A stretch of DNA of 33,795 bases from Pseudomonadales bacterium (GTDB lineage: Bacteria; Pseudomonadota; Gammaproteobacteria; Pseudomonadales; UBA7239): assembly GCA_020443005.1 (NCBI GenBank), contig JAGRJA010000398.1, positions 1 to 33,795 of the forward strand, in the 5' to 3' direction. Both the position numbers and the translations under genes were made by a program. Below are positions 17,774 to 26,043 of this stretch, one piece after another (position 1 is the stretch's first letter; the number at the start of each line of letters is the position of its first letter). The notes under the pieces were generated by a model. It was not told the origin of the DNA and did not search any database. It saw only the letters and a list, made by a program, of their open reading frames with translations.

Positions 17774-17778
17774 TCAAG
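17751..17778 (-). promoter_or_regulatory. Sigma-32-type heat-shock promoter candidate for hslVU
   Basis: The minus strand reads ggCTTGAAA-tcactcaagataa-CCCCAACCt. The -35 is at 17772-17778, the spacer is 13 nt, and the -10 is at 17751-17758. The consensus is CTTGAAA-N13-15-CCCCATnT. It lies ~35 nt upstream of the hslV GTG. Confidence 0.55.
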
Positions 17779-17789
17779 CCAATGGAGAA

Positions 17790-18359
17790 TTATTTTTGCT
17801 TCATGACCAACGGTTGAATGTTGTTTTCGGCGAGAATACTTCTCGCATCAGAAAGGCGGGCTGTCGAAGTAAAGGGGCCAACGATAACCCGGTGCCAGGT
17901 GTCGCCGTGACTGCCGACGGTTTCTACCTTGACATCCATACCCATCAGGATGAGTTTTGCCTTGAGTGCGTCGGCATCCTTGTAGTTGCGGAAAGAGGCT
18001 GCCTGCAGCAGGTAGCTGGTTGGGGGTTCATTTTCCTGTGCAGGGGTGCTTTCAATGGTCGTGGTTGTCGGTTCGTCGACTGATTCGACGATTTCCTCGC
18101 TTTCCGATAACCGGGTATAAAACTCAAAAATCGGCTTGGAAAGCTGTTTGCCATCGGGTGCGGCCTGTTTGATGTTGTCGGCAAGCTCGCCAGCTGAGGG
18201 AAGTTGGGTGTCGGGTTGTTTTGCCAGCCAGACCAGTGAGGCGATAAAAGCGCCTACCACAAGGCCGGTAAATAACCATACCCAGCCGGGTGCACCGGAT
18301 GACTTGCGTTGGTTGCCTCTTCGGGCTGGTGCTCTCTTTCGGGTTGCTTGTCTGGACAT
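17790..18359 (-). CDS. SPOR-domain membrane-anchored protein (FtsN/DedD-like)
   Basis: From ATG 18359: MSRQATRKRAPARRGNQRK, then a TM (WVWLFTGLVVGAFIASLVWLA), a linker, and a C-terminal SPOR-like domain (YLLQAASFRNYKDADALKAKL...WHRVIVGPF). It occupies the conserved argS-SPOR-hslVU position. Confidence 0.8.
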   Translation of the reverse strand: MSRQATRKRAPARRGNQRKSSGAPGWVWLFTGLVVGAFIASLVWLAKQPDTQLPSAGELADNIKQAAPDGKQLSKPIFEFYTRLSESEEIVESVDEPTTTTIESTPAQENEPPTSYLLQAASFRNYKDADALKAKLILMGMDVKVETVGSHGDTWHRVIVGPFTSTARLSDARSILAENNIQPLVMKQK

Positions 18360-18399
18360 GGTTTTCAGTTGTCGCTCTTGTCGATGGAATAATAACGCA

Positions 18400-20163
18400 T
18401 TACATGGATTCGGGCGCAGAAACGCCAAGCAAGTGAAGTGCGTTATACAGCACCTGTTTGACAGCGATGCTCAGACTCAGGCGGGCGTTACGCAAGTCGG
18501 CATCTTCTACCAGGGTTTTGTGCGCGTTATACCAGGTGTGAAATTCACTGGCCAAATCACGCAGGTAATTGGTCAGAAGGTGAGGTTCGCCCTGCAGCCC
18601 GGCATTGAGCAGGACTTCTGGATAGCTTGCCAGCAAGGACATCAGCCGGATCTCGGATTCCTCCTTGAGGGTACTCATCGCCGCCAGACCCTGTTCCCTG
18701 TTCCAGGGGGTATTCTGTTCTGCAGCCTTGCGTGCAACGCTGCAGATACGGGCATGGGCATACTGGATATAGTAAACAGGGTTGTCCTTGCTTTGCGATG
18801 TAGCCAGTTCGAGATCGAAGTCCATGGGTTGTTCGCAGCGTCGGGTGATGTAGAAAAAGCGGGCAGCATCGTCGCCAACTTCATTTCTCAGTTCCCGAAG
18901 CGTAATGAAAGAGCCGGAGCGGGTAGACATTTGAACCTGCTCGTTTCCACGATAAAGTGAGACGAATTGAACCAGTCGAATGGTCAGTTTTTCTGCATCG
19001 AGTCCCATGGCGGTCAATGCCGCCTTTACCCGTGCAATATAGCCATGGTGATCGGCACCCCAGATGTTAATGATCTGGTCATAGCCTCTTTCAAATTTAT
19101 TGAGGTGGTAGGCGATGTCGGATGCAAAGTAGGTGGCTTGCCCGTTCTCGCGGATAACCACGCGATCCTTGTCGTCACCAAAACGGGTAGAAAGAAACCA
19201 TAGTGCGCCATCCCGTTCTTCAATATAACCGGCATCTTCCAGTTTTTTTACAGCCCGGTTGACAAGGTTTTCAGGCGTTGTCAGGGATCGCTCTGAAAAC
19301 CAGTGCTGGTAACTTACACCGAATTCGGCGAGGTCTTCCTTTATATCGTTGAGAATACCTTTGAGCCCGGTCTGAAAAACCAGTTCATAATTGTGTTCAC
19401 CCAACAAGGTTTTACAGCGTTGTATGAGTGCATCGATATGCTGCTCCTTGTCGCCGCCTTCAGGTTCATCGGCAGCAATATGGGCAAACACGGCTTGGGT
19501 ATCGTGCCGAAACTGTGAGCCAGAGGCAGCAAACAGCGTTTTGGCATAGTCGACAATGTAATCTCCCTTGTAGCCGTTACTGGGAAAGGCCAGTGTCTCC
19601 CCGCACAGTTCCAGATAGCGCAGCCAGACGCTGGTGGCCAGAATATCCATCTGACGGCCGGCGTCATTGACATAGTATTCCCTGTCAACGCAATAGCCGA
19701 TGGCTTCGAGCAGGTTTGCGTAAGTGGCGCCATAGGCTGCCCCGCGGCCGTGGCCAACATGAAGGGGGCCGGTGGGGTTGGCCGAGACAAATTCCAGCTG
19801 GATTTTTTGCCCGGCGCCCTGACGACTTTTGCCGAAGTCATTGCCCAAAGACAGAATGTCGCTGACGACCTGATGGATGCTGCTTTCATTCAGGAAAAAG
19901 TTGATAAAGCCCGGGCCGGCAATTTCGGTACGCTTGACCGAAGATGACGCGGGCAGGGCCGCTACAATTTTCTGTGCCAGTTCCCTGGGGTTGCTGCGTG
20001 CCTGTTTAGCAAGAACCAGTGCCAGATTACTGGCGAAATCACCGTGGGTTTTGTCTTTGGTTCGTTCAACCTGTATGGTGTTTTTAATGCCGCGATCAAG
20101 GACACCTTCTTCGATCAGTGTACGAATGGCGTGGTCAAGAAGCTGGGCAACGAGTTCTTTCAT
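18400..20163 (-). CDS. argS: Arginine--tRNA ligase
   Basis: 587 aa with the HIGH-type motif [14 protein letters not shown] and the class I second motif region QMSTRSG. The C-terminal anticodon-binding domain ends ...APESM. Confidence 0.97.
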   Translation of the reverse strand: MKELVAQLLDHAIRTLIEEGVLDRGIKNTIQVERTKDKTHGDFASNLALVLAKQARSNPRELAQKIVAALPASSSVKRTEIAGPGFINFFLNESSIHQVVSDILSLGNDFGKSRQGAGQKIQLEFVSANPTGPLHVGHGRGAAYGATYANLLEAIGYCVDREYYVNDAGRQMDILATSVWLRYLELCGETLAFPSNGYKGDYIVDYAKTLFAASGSQFRHDTQAVFAHIAADEPEGGDKEQHIDALIQRCKTLLGEHNYELVFQTGLKGILNDIKEDLAEFGVSYQHWFSERSLTTPENLVNRAVKKLEDAGYIEERDGALWFLSTRFGDDKDRVVIRENGQATYFASDIAYHLNKFERGYDQIINIWGADHHGYIARVKAALTAMGLDAEKLTIRLVQFVSLYRGNEQVQMSTRSGSFITLRELRNEVGDDAARFFYITRRCEQPMDFDLELATSQSKDNPVYYIQYAHARICSVARKAAEQNTPWNREQGLAAMSTLKEESEIRLMSLLASYPEVLLNAGLQGEPHLLTNYLRDLASEFHTWYNAHKTLVEDADLRNARLSLSIAVKQVLYNALHLLGVSAPESM

Positions 20164-20317
20164 GAAGGTCAGAAATTTATAGGCAGCAGATTAATAAGGG
20201 CGCTATTATCCCCGCTTGAATCCAGAAAGCCAATGCCTTACTTGTGACACGAAGCCTTTTTCCACAGCTTTGTTCTGTTTCACCCGTACAGGTTTTGAGA
20301 GTGACAAAAGTCCGAGA

Positions 20318-22000
20318 ATGAAAATCACACAGTATTTTTCTTTTTTTTCTATTGCCTTGCCTGTTGTGCTCGTCACTTTGTATTTCTGGGTTTTTGTCTG
20401 TTATGCCGTCAATGCACCCCAGCTCGACGATTATATGGATCTGCTGGTGGTTATGCCCGATTATGTTGAAGCGGCAGGGCTCAGGCAAAAATGGCACATC
20501 CTGTTTCAACAGTATCATGAACATCGTTACCTGACCGGACATTTACTGTCTGCACTTTTTGTAGAGATTTTCGGTGTGCTTGATTTCAGGTTTCTGATGG
20601 GAGCGGGCAATCTGGCCTTGCTGGGTTTTGCGGTTTTGCTGGTCAGGGAGTTTTCAGGTGCTGGATACCGTGCCGTAATGATGCCGGTGACGGCCTTGCT
20701 GCTCTTTAACCTGCAAGCACAGGGCTCCATGTTCTGGGCGACCGCCGCCTGGGCGCACTATGCCTTGCTGTTTTTTTCGATGGCTGCCTTTACCTTGATT
20801 GCTGCCGAGAAGGCATTGCATCGTTACATTCCGGCTTTTGGATTTTGTGCATTGGCGGTATTTACGCAGGCAAACGGGTTGTTTGTTGCTGTCCTCGTTG
20901 TGTTTTTTTGCCTGTTTGAATTTTTTGATAAAGAAAGCCACAAGGCGTGGCCGTTACTCGTTTTCTGGCTTTGCGCGGCTAGCTTGATGGGCGCGGCCTA
21001 CTTTCACGATTTTGATACAAGCCAGCGTGTTGGAGAAACCCATTTGTCCGTGCCGGATCAGGTTCGGGCAATTGTAGAGCACCCCTTGAATGTACTCATG
21101 GGGTTTTTGCTGTTTCTCGGAGGCGTTTTTGTCGATATGGATGACCGGGAAAATGTGCTTGCCCTTTTGTTTGGCTGTTTTAGCGGGGCGATGGTTGTCA
21201 GCGCATTTTGCTGGCTGGTTCTTTGTTACAAAACCCGGAAGTTGTACCCCTTGAAAATGTTGATGCTTTTGATATTTGCATCAGCTGCATCGGTTGCATG
21301 CCTTCGTGCATCTGTGATGGGCGTTGACCAGGCATTGCAGGGGCATTACAAGATCTATTCGCTGATTTCTGTTTTGTTTGTTTTCTTTGTGGCGCTCCTG
21401 TGGGCAGAACGCCATTCTGCGCGCACCCGCTTGCTGTGCAATGTTCTGGCGTGCCTGATGGCAGCGGGGGTCTACGGGGTATCCTGTGCGACAAATTTGC
21501 CGGGAGTCGAGCAAAAGAGAACAGCGATTGTCGATGACTTCAATTACTGGCTGGAAAGAAACAACCTGAAGAGAGCTTCCGTGCGTTTCTTTGTGCCGCA
21601 GTACAACAGGAAGCTCAACAGGGCAGTAAGCGTCGGCGTCTATTCGCCGGAGGTTTTGCTGTTGCCTTCACGACAGGTAGCTGTTTTTCAATCGGTTGAC
21701 GCCTGCCCGCAAGGGCTGGTTGTCGCAGAGGGGCTTGCATTGAGCTATAAACCGGGCGCGTGGGGTGTTGCGGTTCGTGGTGAAATCCCTTTTGATGTCG
21801 ACAGGGACGAGGGCCAGGAAGTCTGGCTGTGTGCTGGCAAAACTGTCTTTTATCTGGCTTTGGCAGAAAGAAATTTGCAGTGGTCTGAGGGTGCGCGCGG
21901 GCGGGTTTCGGTGGATGTTCTTGTGCCCAGGGCGCTGTTCCCGAAGCACTTGCGCCCGGAGCGCATTGAGTTGATGATTCGGGGTTCCTACGAAAAGTAG
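20318..22000 (+). CDS. Polytopic membrane protein of unknown function (~11 TM plus a ~150-aa C-terminal soluble domain), possibly a GT-C-like glycosyltransferase
   Basis: 560 aa from ATG 20318; the track ORF starts at 20216. It has many hydrophobic helices and a first loop with an acidic NAPQLDDYMDLL motif. The family assignment is inference only. Confidence 0.65.
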   Translation: MKITQYFSFFSIALPVVLVTLYFWVFVCYAVNAPQLDDYMDLLVVMPDYVEAAGLRQKWHILFQQYHEHRYLTGHLLSALFVEIFGVLDFRFLMGAGNLALLGFAVLLVREFSGAGYRAVMMPVTALLLFNLQAQGSMFWATAAWAHYALLFFSMAAFTLIAAEKALHRYIPAFGFCALAVFTQANGLFVAVLVVFFCLFEFFDKESHKAWPLLVFWLCAASLMGAAYFHDFDTSQRVGETHLSVPDQVRAIVEHPLNVLMGFLLFLGGVFVDMDDRENVLALLFGCFSGAMVVSAFCWLVLCYKTRKLYPLKMLMLLIFASAASVACLRASVMGVDQALQGHYKIYSLISVLFVFFVALLWAERHSARTRLLCNVLACLMAAGVYGVSCATNLPGVEQKRTAIVDDFNYWLERNNLKRASVRFFVPQYNRKLNRAVSVGVYSPEVLLLPSRQVAVFQSVDACPQGLVVAEGLALSYKPGAWGVAVRGEIPFDVDRDEGQEVWLCAGKTVFYLALAERNLQWSEGARGRVSVDVLVPRALFPKHLRPERIELMIRGSYEK

Positions 22001-24228
22001 GGGTCGATATCAATGTGCCAACGACATCTGTTTACCGTTTTTTCCTCTTCAAGGTAGAGAAAGCACTTGTCAAGCCCGGCGTGCAGTGCTTTTCTGGAGC
22101 GACACCACAGGGTTAATTCATACCGATAAAAACCGGCTCTTTTCTCGGCAATACAGGGCAGGGGCCCGATCAGCTTGATGGCTGGCGAAGTCTGTTGCAG
22201 TTGTTTTTTGACATTGGCAAGCCATTGTTCTGCCTGCCCGGCTTTTTTTGCTTCAGCCCTGAAAATTGCCTGATAAGTGAAAGGCGGCAAGTCGAGCAAT
22301 CGTCGCTCTTGTAAAAGTGACCGGGCCAGCTGATGGTAGCTTTCGGTTGTCAGGGTTTTCAGCAACGGGTGGGTGTGATAACGGGTCTGAATAAGCACTT
22401 TCCCTGGCTTTCCCGTTCTTCCTGCCCTGCCCGAGACCTGAGTGATTAGCTGGGCCATGCGCTCCGCGCTGCGAAAGTCGGCGCTGAAAAAGCCCTGGTC
22501 AGCATCGACGATCGCGACCAGCGTCACATCTGCGTAGTGGTGTCCCTTGGCGAGCATTTGGGTGCCGAGCAATATCATGGGTTGGCCGGAAGCGATGGTG
22601 CTGTTCAGTTGTTCCCAGTCGGATTCCTTGCGGATGCTGTCACGGTCGATTCGGAGGGTGGGGAAATCGGGAAAATGTTGTTGCAGGAAATCCTCACTGC
22701 GCTGGATGCCCATCCCGACAAAATCCGGTTTCGGGTTATGGCAGGAAGGGCAGGCGGTCATCAGTGTTTGCCTGAAGTCACAGTGGTGGCAGCGCAGCAG
22801 GTTTTGTTTGCGGTGAACAGTCAGTCGGGTGTCACAGTGTGGGCAGGTGGCCACCCAATGGCAGTTGCCGCATATCAGCGCGGGGGCATAGCCGCGGCGG
22901 TTAAGAAATACCAGCACCTGCTGCCCTGCTTCCAGTTGGTTTCTTATATTTGTGAGCAATTTGGCTGAAAAGCCTTGCTCAAGCGGTGCGGTGCGAGTGT
23001 CAATCAGTTCAAACGCAGGCGGGCTTGCGCGACCGGCCCGCTGAAGCAGACGGATATGTTTGTAGCGCCCATCCAGTGCGTTTTGCAGGGTTTCCAGAGA
23101 GGGTGTTGCACTCCCGAGAACGATGGGAATATTTTCGAGTTGTCCGCGGACAACGGCGAGATCTCTCGCTGAATAGCGGAAATTATCCTGTTGTTTGAAA
23201 GAGGTATCGTGTTCTTCGTCGACAATCAATATGCCCGGATTCTTCAGCGGAAGAAAAACCGCAGAGCGGGTGCCTATAATAATGTCGGCTTCTTGTGTGG
23301 CGGCGGCCTGCCAAACCTGAAGGCGTTGCCTGTCGGTAAGGCCGGAGTGGTAGCTGCACGCCCTGCGATTGAATCGGGCTGAAAAGCGGGCCAGGGTTTG
23401 CGGGGTGAGACCGATTTCAGGCACAAGTACCAGTGCTTGCCGACCCTGCTTCAGCACGCTTTCAATGACCTGAAGGTAAACCTCGGTTTTACCGCTGCCG
23501 GTAATGCCGTCGAGTAAAAAACACTCAAAACCCCTTGCACCGGTGATGGCATCAATGGCTAGCTGTTGTTCTTTGTTGGCCTTCAGCCCGGGCTCTGCGG
23601 TGACTGCTGTCTCTGCGCCAGTCAACCTGTTGTCGATGTCGGTTGTCAGGTCTTCAGAAAAAGTCGGTAAAGGTTCAATCAGTTTTTTTTGATACAGGGC
23701 GCGAATGGCGTGTTCTGAAATGCCGGCATCACTTATTTGCCGGGTGCTGAGCCCGGGGTGGCTTCGGATAAAATCCAGTGCCGCTGACTGGCGTGGCGAA
23801 CGCTTCAGCGCCTGTTCCGGCAAGCCCTTGCCGTGCAAGGAAAGTTGCCAGTGGTTTGTTGTTTTGGGTTTTGGTGAGCGGGTCTTGCAAAGCAGCGCGG
23901 GCAACGCGGTATGTAACGCCTCTCCGTAAGGGTGATGGTAGTAGCTGGCTGCCCATTGAAGGAGTTTCAGTTGTTGGCTGTCAAGAACGGGCTGCTTGTC
24001 GAGAATCGATAGTGCGCTGCGCAGTTTGTCGGCTGGCAGGAGGCTTTGGGTTTTGCTGCGAAGCAGTATGCCAACCATTTGCCGGTTGCCGAAAGGCACT
24101 TTTATTCGGGTGCCGGCGGCAAGTATCCCGGCTTTGTGTGTGTCGAGATCATCAGGCGGCAGATAGTCGAAAACCCTTCGTAAAGGAACAGGAAGCGCAA
24201 TTTCAAGTATCGGGCGAGGTGGCGTCAT
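21988..24228 (-). CDS. priA: Primosomal protein N' (replication restart helicase PriA)
   Basis: 746 aa with Walker A DGITGSGKTEVY, DEEHD, and the Cys-rich zinc region CGNCHWVATCPHCDTRLTVHRKQNLLRCHHCDF...CPSCH. Confidence 0.95.
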   Translation of the reverse strand: MTPPRPILEIALPVPLRRVFDYLPPDDLDTHKAGILAAGTRIKVPFGNRQMVGILLRSKTQSLLPADKLRSALSILDKQPVLDSQQLKLLQWAASYYHHPYGEALHTALPALLCKTRSPKPKTTNHWQLSLHGKGLPEQALKRSPRQSAALDFIRSHPGLSTRQISDAGISEHAIRALYQKKLIEPLPTFSEDLTTDIDNRLTGAETAVTAEPGLKANKEQQLAIDAITGARGFECFLLDGITGSGKTEVYLQVIESVLKQGRQALVLVPEIGLTPQTLARFSARFNRRACSYHSGLTDRQRLQVWQAAATQEADIIIGTRSAVFLPLKNPGILIVDEEHDTSFKQQDNFRYSARDLAVVRGQLENIPIVLGSATPSLETLQNALDGRYKHIRLLQRAGRASPPAFELIDTRTAPLEQGFSAKLLTNIRNQLEAGQQVLVFLNRRGYAPALICGNCHWVATCPHCDTRLTVHRKQNLLRCHHCDFRQTLMTACPSCHNPKPDFVGMGIQRSEDFLQQHFPDFPTLRIDRDSIRKESDWEQLNSTIASGQPMILLGTQMLAKGHHYADVTLVAIVDADQGFFSADFRSAERMAQLITQVSGRAGRTGKPGKVLIQTRYHTHPLLKTLTTESYHQLARSLLQERRLLDLPPFTYQAIFRAEAKKAGQAEQWLANVKKQLQQTSPAIKLIGPLPCIAEKRAGFYRYELTLWCRSRKALHAGLDKCFLYLEEEKTVNRCRWHIDIDPYFS

Positions 24229-24434
24229 GCAGGGCAGTGTAATCGCTTGTTTCCTTGCTAGAAACCTTCAATATGAAAAGTTCTGTCTTGAGACTAAACT
24301 TCGGAAGGATTTTTTGACATAATGCGCCCTTTTCGCCACTCCGCATCTTTTTTGGCGGGGGCTCTCCCTGAAATCGGGTTTTATCGTATCACTCACAGAG
24401 TGGCTAATTTTGCCATTGGACAGGACCATAAAAC

Positions 24435-25988
24435 ATGACACAACTTGACGGTATTAAAACTTACACCAATCTTATTTCTGCGGAGCTGGTTGAACAAGCC
24501 TTGCTTCGAGGCGAAGGCAAGCTGACCGATACCGGTGCATTGCTGGTGGAAACAGGAAAAAGAACCGGTCGTTCGCCTGCCGATCGTTTTATTGTACAGG
24601 AGCCCAGTACAGCCGATGCAATTGATTGGGGTTCTGTAAACCGTCCTTTCCCGGAAGACAAGTTCAACGCGCTTTGGGACCGTGTTGAGGCTTACCTTTC
24701 CGAGCGTGACCGTTTTGTTTCTGAGTTGCATGTCGCGGCTCATGATGAGCATTACATCCCGGTTCAGGTGAATACTGAAACGGCGTGGCAGAGTCTGTTT
24801 GGTCGAAACATGTTCATCCGTCCTGAAAAATACAACCCGAAAGCCAAGTCCGAGTGGAAAATACTCAATGTAGCCAGTTTTGAATGTCAACCTGAACGGG
24901 ACGGTACCCATTCTGACGGCGTTGTCATTATTAACTTTGCCCAGCGCAAAGTGCTGTTGGCGGGTATGCGCTATGCGGGAGAAATGAAAAAAGCCATGTT
25001 CTCTGTGCAGAACTTCCTGCTACCGGAAAAAGATGTGATGCCCATGCACTGTTCAGCGAATGTGGGTGAAAATGGCGACACGGCCTTGTTCTTCGGTTTG
25101 TCGGGTACCGGCAAAACCACATTGTCGGCTGATCCGGAGCGTTACCTGATCGGGGATGATGAACATGGTTGGGCCAAGGGCTCTGTGTTTAACATGGAAG
25201 GTGGCTGTTATGCCAAAACCATTAACCTTTCCGAAAAGAATGAGCCGATTATCTGGGATGCAATCCGTTTTGGTGCAATTGTTGAAAATGTGAAAGTGGA
25301 TGATGTTCGCCATGCTGATTATGACGACACAAGCATTTCAGAGAATGGCCGCTGTTCCTATCCGCTTGAGCATGTCGAGAAGCGTGTTGAAAAGAACTCG
25401 GCAGGTGAGCCCAAAGTTGTTATTTTTCTGACTTGTGATGTGTCCGGTGTCTTGCCTCCGGTTTCCATCCTGAGTAAAGAAGCGGCAGCCTATCACTTTT
25501 TAAGCGGTTATACTGCCCGCGTTGGCTCGACCGAGCTTGGTGCTGAGGCGGGTATCAACCCTGCGTTCTCAACCTGTTTCGGCGCACCCTTTATGCCTCG
25601 TCCGGCACGCGAGTATGCCGAATTGCTGATGAAGCGTGTTGAAGAGTTTGGTTCGCATGTTTATCTGGTAAATACCGGTTGGACCGGAGGGTCGGGTGCA
25701 CCGGGTGGGGCTGGTTCGCGTTTTCCGATTCCTGTTACCCGTGCAGTGGTTGCGGCTTGCCAGAGCGGCGCCTTGCTGAATGCCGATACCGAACATCTGG
25801 ATTGTTTGAATCTTGATATTCCCAAATTTGTACCGCATGTCGACAGCAAATACCTGAACCCGCGTGATACCTGGGAAGACAAGGCGGCCTACGATGTCGA
25901 GGCCAAAAAGCTGGCAGGGCTCTTCGCAGAAAATATCAAGAAATTCAATGTCAGTGATGCTATTCTCAAGGCCGGGCCGCAGGCGTAA
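24435..25988 (+). CDS. pckA: Phosphoenolpyruvate carboxykinase (ATP)
   Basis: 517 aa with the kinase-1a loop [13 protein letters not shown], plus IGDDEHGW and NTGWTGG. Confidence 0.97.
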   Translation: MTQLDGIKTYTNLISAELVEQALLRGEGKLTDTGALLVETGKRTGRSPADRFIVQEPSTADAIDWGSVNRPFPEDKFNALWDRVEAYLSERDRFVSELHVAAHDEHYIPVQVNTETAWQSLFGRNMFIRPEKYNPKAKSEWKILNVASFECQPERDGTHSDGVVIINFAQRKVLLAGMRYAGEMKKAMFSVQNFLLPEKDVMPMHCSANVGENGDTALFFGLSGTGKTTLSADPERYLIGDDEHGWAKGSVFNMEGGCYAKTINLSEKNEPIIWDAIRFGAIVENVKVDDVRHADYDDTSISENGRCSYPLEHVEKRVEKNSAGEPKVVIFLTCDVSGVLPPVSILSKEAAAYHFLSGYTARVGSTELGAEAGINPAFSTCFGAPFMPRPAREYAELLMKRVEEFGSHVYLVNTGWTGGSGAPGGAGSRFPIPVTRAVVAACQSGALLNADTEHLDCLNLDIPKFVPHVDSKYLNPRDTWEDKAAYDVEAKKLAGLFAENIKKFNVSDAILKAGPQA

Positions 25989-26001
25989 AAAAGCAATAAT
26001 A

Positions 26002-26028
26002 ACGCCCCTTAACCGGGGCGTTTTTTTT
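26002..26028 (+). terminator. Rho-independent terminator after pckA
   Basis: CGCCCC-ttaacc-GGGGCG (26003-26020) followed by T8 (26021-26028). Confidence 0.8.
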
Positions 26029-26043
26029 GAGGGTGTTTAATCG

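Noticed and set aside
24314-24342. Perfect TTGACA -35 hexamer in the priA/pckA intergenic region.
   Set aside because: No acceptable -10 follows at 16-18 nt spacing (CACTCC or ACTCCG), so I do not call a promoter.
24369-24383. TGAAATC-G-GGTTTTA, a possible Cra/FruR-like site upstream of pckA.
   Set aside because: Only 5 of 7 arm positions are complementary and the spacing differs from the TGAAAC-GTTTCA type consensus. It is too weak to call.
24390-24408. CACTC-aca-GAGTGgCTAA upstream of pckA, resembling a CIRCE right arm with a 1-nt insertion.
   Set aside because: The left arm (TATCACTC) and the 3-nt spacing do not fit CIRCE. A 5-bp inverted pentamer is expected by chance. I note it only because CACTC/GAGTG also occurs in the rpoH and hslV repeats.
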